Positions 37,482 through 47,700 of a stretch of DNA of 61,434 nucleotides are shown in pieces. A program made the position numbers and the translations under genes. The DNA comes from a virus (Duplodnaviria > Caudoviricetes), in the IMG/VR virus record IMGVR_UViG_3300020578_000074, positions 1-61,434 of that record, one strand, 5' to 3'. The notes under the pieces were generated by a model, which worked only from the letters and a program-made list of their open reading frames with translations, had not been told where the DNA came from and made no database searches. How positions within the stretch are numbered: the first letter of the stretch is position 1; every line of letters starts with the position of its first letter.

Positions 37482-39806
37482 ATGGATAAATACTCAGGTA
37501 GACCAAGACTAAAGGTTTTCAGCCCTAAGAGATTGGAGAGGTTCTTTGAAGTAGATGCCAAGTCTCCGTATGTGAAGTACCATATACAGGGGGCGAAGAA
37601 GGGCAAGGAGTATGACTTCTACTTCTTCAAGGTGGGTGATGTGGAGTCTAAAGGGTTGGTCACCCGTAATGAGGGTGTGTTTACGATAGAAGCACTTGGT
37701 GGTGCGTTTAAGATCATTGAAGTGATGCCCACAGAGCTTAAGAGGTTCTTGGTGGAAGCCAACAAGGTTGTTCCGTTTGTAGAGACCGCTGGTTGGCGAG
37801 CGGAGAGGGTTTTGTTAGAGCAGACCCCCATTGCTCTTGCTGTCCTTGCATGGAGAGATGGACACGCAGAGGAGTTGGTGGATATCCAACTAGAGTTCAA
37901 GATCAACACGGATAGGATATTGAGGGTACTCATGTCGAAGTACTTCAATGAGGGAGGGTTGCCGATCACTCCACCTGTTGTTGATGTCCCACCCGTTGTT
38001 ATCCCTGTAGAGGTAGATGTACCTAAAGAAATAGCAAGTATCCCTGCGGTGGATGTAAAGGCGAGTGTGTATCAGAGTGTCTTATCCCGTGGGGAGATGA
38101 TTAATCCTTCGAGATTTGTTGGAGGCAGCCTTCCAAGTCGAAGAATGCAGGGGAGAACCACTCACCTTCAAAAAAGGGGTGTGGCTACCGCAGTTTCGGA
38201 TAAGTTCAACTCCTTGATGACTCAAGCGGTGGATCAGTTCCCTGCGTTATTCGAGCAAAAGAGTTCTCAAAATGAGGTGTCTTTGCGACTCCAAGAAGCG
38301 TTTCTAAGAATCAAAAAAGGTCTGAAAGACTACATAACTTCTCAGCCAGACAAGAGGAAGATAAGGGGCTTGTTGAGTGCCATAAATGGCTCCGCTCTCC
38401 CGATTGAGAACTTGCATCACGAGGAACTGAGTGCCGAAGAGATTGATCGCCTTGCGGGTGTGGTAGACGAAAAAATGATCGGGAGCCTCATCGAGCTTGC
38501 AGAAGTATTTGGGTTGAGTGAATTCATCAAAACAATAAAAGGCAGCCCCAACCTTTTGAATACCCAAAATACTTACAGGAACTTAGTGATTAAAACTATT
38601 GTCGAAAAGACTGATCTCATAAAATACACAGGGATAGATAATCGTAAAACAAGCCTGCCAAAGTTTATTGAGGCTTTCCCATTGGAAAGCCTTGTGGGGT
38701 CTGTTGAGGGGTCCGTTACGATAAATGGTGAGAGTCCATTTTACTATCTCTATCACAATGAACCCTCGTTCAAACTAGCATTGGATAAATACGCAGAGTT
38801 CTTTTATGCAGAGGCAGACCGTTATGGAGTGTTGGGAGATATCCGTCGAAGTTCAAGTTTCGCTGGATACCGTCTAGTTCAGACTCCTAGAGGGCTGTTC
38901 TCTAGTGTGTTCTTATCAGATGAACTGAGGCGTTTATCTAGGTTGACACAAAATGCCTCTGAGGTTGGGTACTACTTGAAAGGTGTTATGCATCTCAAAC
39001 AGGAAACTAGGCAGTTAGTAAAAAGCCTTACTGAAAACACCTCTTCATTATCAGCAGAGGTTTCTAAAACATTAGATGTTTTAGCCGCAATACCTGAAAA
39101 TGACACTTCTTCTTCTCCGACCCTTGATTCCCTTTTGAAAGCCTTTGATGCTAAAGGCGTGTCACTCGTACTGTATTCGTCAAAGCGAGACTATAGAGGG
39201 CATTATGGTACTGAGAACCCCGTTAGTCGTGCTAATCTGTACGGGGATGTCTCGTCTAGGGGTTCTCGGACTTTTATGGGTAAACTTGGGAATAATCCAA
39301 AAGTGATTAAACACTTAAGGGCTATGCTTTGGGCGTTGGGGGTTTGTCAGCAGTACTCTAGTTTTAACCTCAATACTATCCATTTGTGTTTTGAGGACTA
39401 TAGGGCTCACGCAATCAATCTTCCAGAGCGAAGGAGTTGCTTGATTAGACTCAGCCTAGAAGACTCCCCTCAAATTGCTGTGCATGAGATGATGCACAGC
39501 CTTGAGTACTACTCAAAGAGTGTGCAAGATTATGTGACTATGTTCTTCCTGCAACACCTTAAAGACCCTCCAAAAACGAGTGCCGTTTATAAGGGGGAAC
39601 AGAACTTTGTGCTTGAGAACGCTCCTGCTCAGTACGCGGGGAAGTTTTATTCACATACCTCCGCTACTGAGTTGGTCACCATGAGTGTTCAAGAGTTCGC
39701 CACCGCTTCGTCTCTTAAAAAGTATGCTGAGGCGTATCCGAAGTTCTTCCTTTTCGGATACAACATCGTCAAAGGACTTGTCCACATCCCCGAAAGTGAG
39801 CGTTGA
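37482..39806 (+). CDS. Large protein with C-terminal zincin-like metallopeptidase
   Basis: AVHEMMHSLE followed by YAGKFY...TELVTM third-ligand region. Confidence 0.7.
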   Translation: MDKYSGRPRLKVFSPKRLERFFEVDAKSPYVKYHIQGAKKGKEYDFYFFKVGDVESKGLVTRNEGVFTIEALGGAFKIIEVMPTELKRFLVEANKVVPFVETAGWRAERVLLEQTPIALAVLAWRDGHAEELVDIQLEFKINTDRILRVLMSKYFNEGGLPITPPVVDVPPVVIPVEVDVPKEIASIPAVDVKASVYQSVLSRGEMINPSRFVGGSLPSRRMQGRTTHLQKRGVATAVSDKFNSLMTQAVDQFPALFEQKSSQNEVSLRLQEAFLRIKKGLKDYITSQPDKRKIRGLLSAINGSALPIENLHHEELSAEEIDRLAGVVDEKMIGSLIELAEVFGLSEFIKTIKGSPNLLNTQNTYRNLVIKTIVEKTDLIKYTGIDNRKTSLPKFIEAFPLESLVGSVEGSVTINGESPFYYLYHNEPSFKLALDKYAEFFYAEADRYGVLGDIRRSSSFAGYRLVQTPRGLFSSVFLSDELRRLSRLTQNASEVGYYLKGVMHLKQETRQLVKSLTENTSSLSAEVSKTLDVLAAIPENDTSSSPTLDSLLKAFDAKGVSLVLYSSKRDYRGHYGTENPVSRANLYGDVSSRGSRTFMGKLGNNPKVIKHLRAMLWALGVCQQYSSFNLNTIHLCFEDYRAHAINLPERRSCLIRLSLEDSPQIAVHEMMHSLEYYSKSVQDYVTMFFLQHLKDPPKTSAVYKGEQNFVLENAPAQYAGKFYSHTSATELVTMSVQEFATASSLKKYAEAYPKFFLFGYNIVKGLVHIPESER

Positions 39807-39808
39807 AA

Positions 39809-40123
39809 ATGGCTACCACGATTATCCTATTTGAGCTAACCCCTGCTACGGCTGAGGTCACTCTCACCTATGACGATCCCTCGATGATCACTCAGGTCAC
39901 CAAGCAGGGGAGTCAATACATATTGGATAAGTTTGATGCGAAGATTGCTGAACTGATCGAGACAGGTTCGGGCTATGTTATTGGGCGAAGAAATCTATCC
40001 AATGCGTTTTTGTTCACCGAGGCAGCCCACGCCTTGTGTTCTACAACCCGCGTCAAGTGCGAAGTCATAGACCCACCTGCTTGGGAGCCTGAGGATGATG
40101 AGCCCGAAGGTGTCGTGTACTGA
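39809..40123 (+). CDS. Hypothetical protein
   Basis: Directly follows the peptidase gene. Confidence 0.65.
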   Translation: MATTIILFELTPATAEVTLTYDDPSMITQVTKQGSQYILDKFDAKIAELIETGSGYVIGRRNLSNAFLFTEAAHALCSTTRVKCEVIDPPAWEPEDDEPEGVVY

Positions 40124-40150
40124 CCCCGAAGGTATCGGGTACTGAAATGA

Positions 40151-40192
40151 AAAAGACCCCCTCAGGCAATCAAGTGTCTGAGGGGGTCTTTT
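40151..40192. terminator. Bidirectional intrinsic terminator
   Basis: AAAAGACCCCCTCAG/CTGAGGGGGTCTTTT. Confidence 0.85.
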
Positions 40193-40194
40193 AA

Positions 40195-40269
40195 TACTCC
40201 CAACGGGATTTGAACCCGTGTCGCGGGATTGAAAGTCCCGTGTCCTAGGCCAGACTAGACGATGGGAGC
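40195..40269 (-). tRNA. tRNA-Glu (TTC)
   Basis: GCTCCCA acceptor stem, GTCTAGTCTGGCCTAGGAC D arm, CGGGA-CTTTCAA-TCCCG anticodon arm, GGTTCAAATCC T arm. Confidence 0.95.
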
Positions 40270-40384
40270 GTCTGACACTTCTCTTATACCATCTCAGAAC
40301 AAAAGTTTGAAACTTTTTCTATCCCAAATCAGCTAGCCCCGCATTATTTGGGAGCAACCCCTAGCTGATAAAGAGAGAGACACC

Positions 40385-40705
40385 ATGAACATGATTGATA
40401 TCATCAACACCTACAAGAACACCTCCAACGACAACCCCAACACGATGTTTTATGGGTATCGCTTTCCCCTGACCAATGGGAACACCCTGAGTGTTATCTT
40501 TGGTAACGGCACCTACAGCCGCCCTCGGCAATATCTTTCCCCTATCGAGATGTCTCGATACGAGGAGGTTGAGATCGCTATCCTCAGCCCTCAGGGCGAT
40601 TTTATCCGTGATGGGGTTATCATCCCCACGAATCACTATGATGATGTCAATGTTGTGGGTATCGCCACTCTTTCCAATTTCTTGGCGGAGAATGGGTCTC
40701 GGTAG
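40385..40705 (+). CDS. Hypothetical protein; paralog of 41937-42254
   Basis: FPLTNGNTLSVIFG..YS..EVEIAIL. Confidence 0.7.
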   Translation: MNMIDIINTYKNTSNDNPNTMFYGYRFPLTNGNTLSVIFGNGTYSRPRQYLSPIEMSRYEEVEIAILSPQGDFIRDGVIIPTNHYDDVNVVGIATLSNFLAENGSR

Positions 40706-40749
40706 ACCTTTTATTGTGGGTCTCGGTAGACAATCCAAAGGATATATAA

Positions 40750-41784
40750 ATGAGAACCAAGCTACAGATACTCAAAGACATCAGAAGCATCTATATGCAA
40801 CTCTCCCCCGAAAATCTTTGGGAGGATGGGATGCTCACACCTGCCGCCGCCCGCAAAAAGGAAACTCTCTTGATGAGGCAGTTATCCTTACTCTTCAAAG
40901 AGTTGGGCTATGAGGTTGATGAGTACGAAATAGATGATGAGATCAGAAAAGCGATGCGTATGGCTTCAAGTCACACAGCCGCAGTTGTGAAAGCCCCTCG
41001 CACTCTAGGCACTTTCGCTCGTAAAGTCGTCAAGTCCCTTCAAAGTCTTTTCAAAGACCCTGCTTCCGTGTCTTTTGACCCCAAAAAAACGGAAATACGG
41101 AGAGACTTGGGGAACATGAAGGGGACACCTTACTATACTGCCTACATTAATGTGGCAGGGCTTCCTAATGGGGTTCTGTGTGTGACCCCCGTTGATGAGA
41201 CGACCATTAAGATGCCCAACTCTATTAATGTTCATGGAGTTGGGAAGGACTATGCGAAGCTACAGGAGTGGGTGTTGGATTCGCTTAGGGGTCAGGGGCT
41301 ATTAAATCCCGAGTTTGACCCCACACCTTCCGTTGATTTATTCTTTGATCGTATCAAAAAGACCCTACTCTCAACGAGCTTTAAGTTCAAAGGGATAACC
41401 ATTCCGTTGTATAACCCCTCGACGGAGTTGTTTGTATGGGGGAAAAAGGATGGAGACAACGCTGTAATTAACATCCTCTCACGGAGTCTTGAGTTGCAGT
41501 ATTTTGGTGAATGGAGGCAGGGTATGGGAGGTTCTTACAGAAGCACTAAACTTAGCGGGGAGGAGAGCCTTGAGTTTAGGACACTTCTTGGGAAGACTTT
41601 GGTCAAGTCTCTTGACACCAAATACCCTGGACTGACCAATCTTATGGGTGGTGAGAGATATCTTGTCGAACTAGTGGAGGATGCGAATAAATCATTTGGT
41701 CAGGGAATGAGTTTAGGTTATGGTAACTCTTGGGTTGTGTCTTACGATAACCTTCAGAAGTACATCGCGTCTTTTTACGCCTAA
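40750..41784 (+). CDS. Hypothetical two-domain late protein
   Basis: LSPENLWEDG N-domain, RMASSHTAA linker; TAGACCTTTTAT at 40703-40714. Confidence 0.75.
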   Translation: MRTKLQILKDIRSIYMQLSPENLWEDGMLTPAAARKKETLLMRQLSLLFKELGYEVDEYEIDDEIRKAMRMASSHTAAVVKAPRTLGTFARKVVKSLQSLFKDPASVSFDPKKTEIRRDLGNMKGTPYYTAYINVAGLPNGVLCVTPVDETTIKMPNSINVHGVGKDYAKLQEWVLDSLRGQGLLNPEFDPTPSVDLFFDRIKKTLLSTSFKFKGITIPLYNPSTELFVWGKKDGDNAVINILSRSLELQYFGEWRQGMGGSYRSTKLSGEESLEFRTLLGKTLVKSLDTKYPGLTNLMGGERYLVELVEDANKSFGQGMSLGYGNSWVVSYDNLQKYIASFYA

Positions 41785-41936
41785 ACCCGTTAGCTTCTCT
41801 CAAAAACTTCATCGAAGTAGATGCCACCCCAACCCCTTGTTGGATAACAGCAGATGGGTTGGATAACAGCAGATGGGTTGGGGTGGTGTTTAATACGCTC
41901 TTAATCCAAAAGTCTCCCACCCCTCAGTTAGCCCTT

Positions 41937-42254
41937 TTACTTCTTCTCTCCATACTGCGTTAGAATCTTCTCAAGGTCGTTCAAACTGCAATAGGGCAGT
42001 AGGTGAGTATTCTCCTCGTAGTTCAAGCCCTCGTGCCTGAAAAGGATGCCTTCTTGATTGAGAGCAGACACCTCCACCTCCACATAGTCGTCTAACTGTG
42101 CCTTAGCGAAACCATCTTCACTCGGTGATGAATAACACCACCGCCCCATTATAACGGATAACTTATTCCCTCCACTAAGAGGGAATATAATCTGTTGCAT
42201 ATCACGCCTCTTGTAGTGCGTGTGTGTGTATGTCGCCATAATCTTCGTCAGCAC
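41937..42254 (-). CDS. Hypothetical protein; paralog of 40385-40705
   Basis: FPLSGGNKLSVIMG..YS..EVEVSAL; GGAGG RBS. Confidence 0.7.
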   Translation of the reverse strand: MLTKIMATYTHTHYKRRDMQQIIFPLSGGNKLSVIMGRWCYSSPSEDGFAKAQLDDYVEVEVSALNQEGILFRHEGLNYEENTHLLPYCSLNDLEKILTQYGEKK

Positions 42255-42389
42255 CTTACACCTCCGATGTTTGTGGAAGGATTGGTTGGGGTTCTCACCT
42301 TAGGTAATAGGCTATTATAGGTGTTCGGATACTTTTATTCTTTTATAGTCTAGTCTAAACCGAACACCCTGCTGAGGAGCCCTATATAT

Positions 42390-42851
42390 ATGATAAGAAG
42401 AACCGCCGGTGAAGTTTTAAGAAGTCTTGAGGCTCGCGTAGCTCGCCTCGAAGGCGGTCGTAAAATCGCAGCTAAGACCATGAATGTCTTTCAGCTAGCT
42501 GATTTTATGGTTGAGCGGTATGCCCGTTGGCAGAACATTTCTCGGAGAGAAGTCAGCGAAGCCCTTGCTGATTTCTTACTAGCACATTTTAGCGATGAAC
42601 TAGACCTTGAGACACAAGGAGATGTGATCAATATCGGGGCTTCAGATATTGATATCAATTATGCGGGGGAGTCACCCCTGCCTCAGTATTCACATCTGAA
42701 GTACACCGTATTCGCGGATGTCATTTTGACAAACCTCCTTACGGGTAAGCGTCTAAATGTCGAAATCTCCTTACATACTGACAAGAGCGGTAATCCCATA
42801 TTCTCCGAATATATGCCTAATACCAACCCCCTCTACGGGGGGGATTGGTAA
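42390..42851 (+). CDS. Hypothetical protein with shared leader
   Basis: Starts MIRRTAGEVLRSLEARVARLEGGRKIAA; GAGGAG RBS. Confidence 0.8.
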   Translation: MIRRTAGEVLRSLEARVARLEGGRKIAAKTMNVFQLADFMVERYARWQNISRREVSEALADFLLAHFSDELDLETQGDVINIGASDIDINYAGESPLPQYSHLKYTVFADVILTNLLTGKRLNVEISLHTDKSGNPIFSEYMPNTNPLYGGDW

Positions 42852-42966
42852 CTTTTGGGTTTAGGGGAGGCTAAGTCATAGCTTTTATAGATTATCTATG
42901 CAAGGCACAAAGGGAGATTGGATAGTTTTACTCCGATCTCCCTTTGTGCTGACGATCAAGGTATAG

Positions 42967-43923
42967 GTGAGCGAAATGGATAAACGGGCATCTAGTCAAG
43001 CGAGTTGGTCTCTGCTCACCGAGGGGGTGAGCGGTGCTAGAGTGGAGGCTCATCTAGTCCGTTCTTCATTGAACCAAATACTCACAGCACTAGAAGATCA
43101 CCCCAAAGTTAAAGAGGCGATGTATCGCCTTTGTGGTGATAGTTTTGCGGCTATCCCTTTGCACCTTTCCAAATTGGAAAGAGGGCTAGATCGAACAAAC
43201 TATGCCCTTATAACGATGGGAGAGGCGTTTTACAGGCAACAACTATCACACGAAGACCGAGAGCTTGTTGATCAGGCTTCAAAGTTCAATCCAACACCTG
43301 AACCCCACATAGTCCACGAATCGGAGAACCCCATGAGAAGATCAGCCACACTAGACCTACAGGAACTCTTCCTCACAGCCGAGAACGAGGTAGAAGAAGC
43401 AATCAACGACTCTTCGGATCAAATGCTTTATGATTACAGGATCATCAGATCGGCAAAAAACCTTGAGATTAGATTTAACGAAGTAGAGTTCATTCCCCCT
43501 AGGGCAATGGAACATGAGTATATTACATACACGGCTAATGATCAGGCACATTACCTGTGGGAGACCTACTTAGTTAATCGTAGGGGGGTCAGTCGTATCC
43601 CTGGGTTAGAAGTGCAAGTTAGAGGCGGGTCTCTTTTCTTTACTCCTACCGTGTCCCCCTTCAATATGCGTGCATCTAGCATGAAAGTAGCGGCTCGCGT
43701 TATTTGTGCCACATCCCCCAAAGAAGTCATTAGAGCATTAGCTCAGATTCAGGGTGTTGAGGACATTGAGTTGGATGATGATGTTGTCTCATTCGTAATG
43801 GATAAGTTCACGAATGAGCAGGTAGAGCGAGATGTCAAGAGGGTCTTAATGACGCTGAAAGATCGTGTTAAGTTTGAGACGGGTTCGTTTACGGGTTTGG
43901 GGCTTGTTCACCTTAAACCCTAA
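42967..43923 (+). CDS. Hypothetical multi-module late protein
   Basis: KRAS near N-terminus, internal MRRSA and KVAA; 18-bp hairpin upstream. Confidence 0.7.
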   Translation: MSEMDKRASSQASWSLLTEGVSGARVEAHLVRSSLNQILTALEDHPKVKEAMYRLCGDSFAAIPLHLSKLERGLDRTNYALITMGEAFYRQQLSHEDRELVDQASKFNPTPEPHIVHESENPMRRSATLDLQELFLTAENEVEEAINDSSDQMLYDYRIIRSAKNLEIRFNEVEFIPPRAMEHEYITYTANDQAHYLWETYLVNRRGVSRIPGLEVQVRGGSLFFTPTVSPFNMRASSMKVAARVICATSPKEVIRALAQIQGVEDIELDDDVVSFVMDKFTNEQVERDVKRVLMTLKDRVKFETGSFTGLGLVHLKP

Positions 43924-44516
43924 GTGGGGAAAATGCCTCGTAGCCGTTGTTTAAATGCCTTCTTACGACAATAAGATGAACAATACTTTGTAGTGGTTAC
44001 TGTGTTGGAGCAGCCGACACATTGACAAACTGAAGTTTGAAGTATTGGTGGGATGTGGATAGGCGTGGGTGGGGAGGGGGGAGTGGGCGGTTGTTTTTTC
44101 TTCTTCCCACGGAAAGCGTTTTTTCGGCAGTTTTCCGAGCAATACTTCACAGACTTCCTTGTTGGAGGGATCGGTTTCTTACACTTCTCAACGGAGCAGT
44201 AATGGATAGTTGTGGGTGCTGAGGGATTGGGTTTTGGAGTAGCGGATGTGGATGCAGTTGGTTTAGGGGGGGTTGGTTGAGGGGGTGTGCCTTTACGGAT
44301 AAAATCTTCTTCGAGTTCTCGGCGGAGTTTATGGATATTCATTTCCTCTTTTGTGAGGGGTTTACCTGTATTGCTCCTGCCGGGACAATTTGCGTAATAG
44401 CATTTATGTATCGCCTCACACACCCAAGATGTAGGTGTTAAATGGGCAACACATCTCCAAGACTTGTTAGTGCCATCTTCTTCAAGTCTCCATTGAACTC
44501 TACAATCCCTACTCAT
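43920..44516 (-). CDS. Cys-rich, Pro-rich zinc-finger protein
   Basis: Two C-x4-C...KYCSxxCRKxAF fingers with Pro/Thr linkers. Confidence 0.7.
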   Translation of the reverse strand: MSRDCRVQWRLEEDGTNKSWRCVAHLTPTSWVCEAIHKCYYANCPGRSNTGKPLTKEEMNIHKLRRELEEDFIRKGTPPQPTPPKPTASTSATPKPNPSAPTTIHYCSVEKCKKPIPPTRKSVKYCSENCRKNAFRGKKKKQPPTPPSPPTPIHIPPILQTSVCQCVGCSNTVTTTKYCSSYCRKKAFKQRLRGIFPT

Positions 44517-44537
44517 GACTACCCCTTAGGTGAAAAT

Positions 44538-44759
44538 ATGCAAACATCAAGCACCCCATATGGATACTTTAAATGTAATAAGTGTAGATTATATTACCCC
44601 TTACAATACCAAGTGGTCTCAGCCATAGATTGTAGGGTGTGTCAAAACAAGGGAGCTATCCAATTTATAGGTTTGAATAAAAGAGAAGCGGAAGACCTCC
44701 GCAGTAAACAGGAGGAAGCCTTCCGCGTCATATTGGGGGATTCTCCCCTAGGTGTCTAA
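44538..44759 (+). CDS. Small zinc-ribbon protein
   Basis: CNKC...CRVC; AGGTG RBS; its antisense strand carries a hairpin plus T-tract that could terminate the sheath transcript. Confidence 0.5.
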   Translation: MQTSSTPYGYFKCNKCRLYYPLQYQVVSAIDCRVCQNKGAIQFIGLNKREAEDLRSKQEEAFRVILGDSPLGV

Positions 44760-47700
44760 TTAGAGGCTGCTTCTGACATTAAAGGTGAATTGGATATAGA
44801 GCAAGGGGAATACGGGCTTATAAAAGGCTTCGACCAAAAGAGCGGTTGGGTCATTAGGGTCTTGTGTAACGCTAAGACCTGTGTAAGTTGAGATAAGTTG
44901 TTCGCTGACAAGTTGTTTGAACATGGCATTAACCTTACCCTCTATTTGAGGCACCACATTGGGTAAGAACTTAACCCCGATGTACTGATTGAGGGTATCC
45001 CTAGCTCTTAGATGAACTTCATCCGCAATTTGGATAACGGTGGGGGTTTTCGTGAGGATAGAAGTCATGTTCGTGGTCAAGCCGTGTCTTACGGATATGA
45101 CACCTCGTTCAGACTTCAGTACGGTGACACCTGCATTAGCGGTTTGATTTGCATCAACCGCATCTAAAGAACGCCCCAAAGCGGTGAAGCCACGGATAGC
45201 TCTATTAGTCCAAGGTGTTGCGGGATCAACGGCATTTGATGTGGTAGCACAAGCGAGAGCTACGGCAAAGTATGAACCATCAACAAGGAAGTTTTGAGAC
45301 ACCCCACTTGCATCGGTGAAGGCTACACGACCGATATCAGGATAAACGAGGCAGACGCGGGTGTTGGCAGTAGCTGTTGCAAGAGCCTGTGCTTCACGGG
45401 GCTGAGTGCCAGCTCTAAATCCAAGAATCGCTCTCCGTTCCGAACGATAACGGATACTGCTCTGTATATCCACATGGTTAGAAATAGAGGCGAGGATGGA
45501 GGAAGTGGCGGGGAACAAGGGGACAATTACATTCGGGGACAAACCATCAGAGATATCGCCCTCGATAGCATCCAACGCGGTTAAAACTTGTTGTTCCGTT
45601 AAGGTGTTTTTACCTGCCTCCAATGGCACCTGATGAAGGGCAATCGCTCTTGCTCCGTTGGAGAACGCCAAATACGCCCCGAGGCTGAGTGTGTTTTGTG
45701 GGCTGATTTCTCCATAAGTAGCGAGCACATCCGCCATGTTTGTGAATACGGAAGTGCCAAACTGAGTGCGTAGACGGGTGAAATCGAGGTAGTAAACCTG
45801 ACCGATATTAGGTTCTTTGCCTCCCTTGAAGAAAGTCTCCACAACCGCAGTATCGCCAATCTCTGCCCCTACGGTATTGGATACAATCAGACTAACTCCG
45901 TAAATCATGTTTACGGGGATATTGGCGTTAGTGGTGATTGTCTTACCCACCGAGAAGGATAGTGTGGCATCAGCCCCTGTGGGGTACATGAGACCGCCGT
46001 CTCTTGGGAGCAAGGTAAAGGTCAATCCTGTTACGCTGTCCACATAGGTCTGTCCAACAACACCATCTTGTCCAACTCCATCGTTAAGACTTGATGTATT
46101 AGCCGAACCTGAGCCTTTTGGATTGTTTGATGTGACGACAAATCCCTGATAGGCATCTTCTCCCACAGCACCTTCATTCGCAACAATCTTAAATCCATTC
46201 CCCTTTGTGGATACTGCGTTTCCTCCCACTATCGTGATGTAGCTAGATACACCAAATGTAAGGCTCTCAATCACCACCGAAGTCTTGCCTACCCTATCCG
46301 TAAATGGATAGGCGATAGCCTCAGAGGTGAAGCGAGTGTCAAGGGATACCAACTTGGGTTCTGTGGAGAACAACACTACGGCAATGTCTCCACCTGCCCG
46401 AGTGTGAGACATGAGAGCAGAACAAACGCCACTTGCTGTGACTACACCTGTAGAGCCGATGTCTCCCTCACTTACGCCTAGTGTGTCATTTGCCGACCCA
46501 GCACCAACAACAATACTTGCATTAGTGTTTTCATAGGTCGAGATCACACGGAGACCCGCACCTTCGATGACGACTTCAGCATCAGCGGAAGCTGCCGTGA
46601 TAGCTGCCTCTATCTCAGACTTGATGTCTTGTAGCTCAAGTGTATCCCCTGCACCCGAACTTGTAAAGTTGACTACTACACTTACCCCATTAATGGATAA
46701 CACAAGCTGATCATTAACGGGATTGTTGACATCGGAGCCGTCATAAAACACAGCCGCAGGTAATGATCCTACCTGTACACTCCAACCTACGGATAACAAC
46801 ACACTTGCCAAAGACACAACCGACAATGGATTGGAAATGGATAGTGAAGAGGGCATACCTGCCTTTTCAGTATCCGTACCGCCATTGATGGCTATCCCCA
46901 AGTTTGTTTGGGGGTAGTAGTAGTTACCACGAAGCATTCTGCCCTTAAGGATAAGACGGTCTACCTTTTCACCTGAAGAAGTGGTTTTAGATGACTTAGC
47001 TGCTATGGGAAGAACGCCCCATTTGGTTTGGGTTCCACCTGTTGCAGTATCAGCATCAAGACCCGCGATTGAACAGAAGGTAGTGTCGTCAGCTGCGATA
47101 AACTCAATGAAGCCAAACTCGTCCGTAGTGCCAACGCCATTAGGAAGTCCATCTAGTGTGAATACAAGACGACCGCTCGCGTCCGCTGTTACGGATAAGG
47201 ACAAGCCTGTGAAATCGGGCTGTCCAAACACAAAAGTGGCTATGGCATTAGAAATAGCCGCGTCTATGGCGGTAGCCAAGGCGGAAGCATTAGCGTAGCC
47301 TGCAACAGGGATAACGGCAGTAATGTCCCCTGATGCTCCATTTACGCTACCCGTGTAATGGAATTTCAAGTTCTGATATGTACCTAATGCAATATCTAGA
47401 GTGGATATACGACCCATACCCACATAAATGGGTGAAGCAGAAGCGGCTTCCGTATTGATAGCCGTGACCCAATCATCAATATCTAGGTTATCTCCGCTTA
47501 GTGTGGCTGTAAGGGATACACCGTCTACAACCAAGTTCAAGCTAGAGGCAATCCCTGTCCCCAAATCGCCTTTATTGGATTCTTCCGTGTAAGGTAAAGG
47601 TTCGCCCAAATGCAGAGGCAGGGGATGACGGATACCTGTGGAGGTAGAGTCCCCCAATTCCACGCTGAGTGAGGTTCCGTTTATTTCGAGGTTAAGGGTA

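Noticed and set aside
31711-40269. tRNAs as prophage attachment sites
   Set aside because: No duplicated tRNA 3' end or integrase seen; phage-type genes continue on both sides
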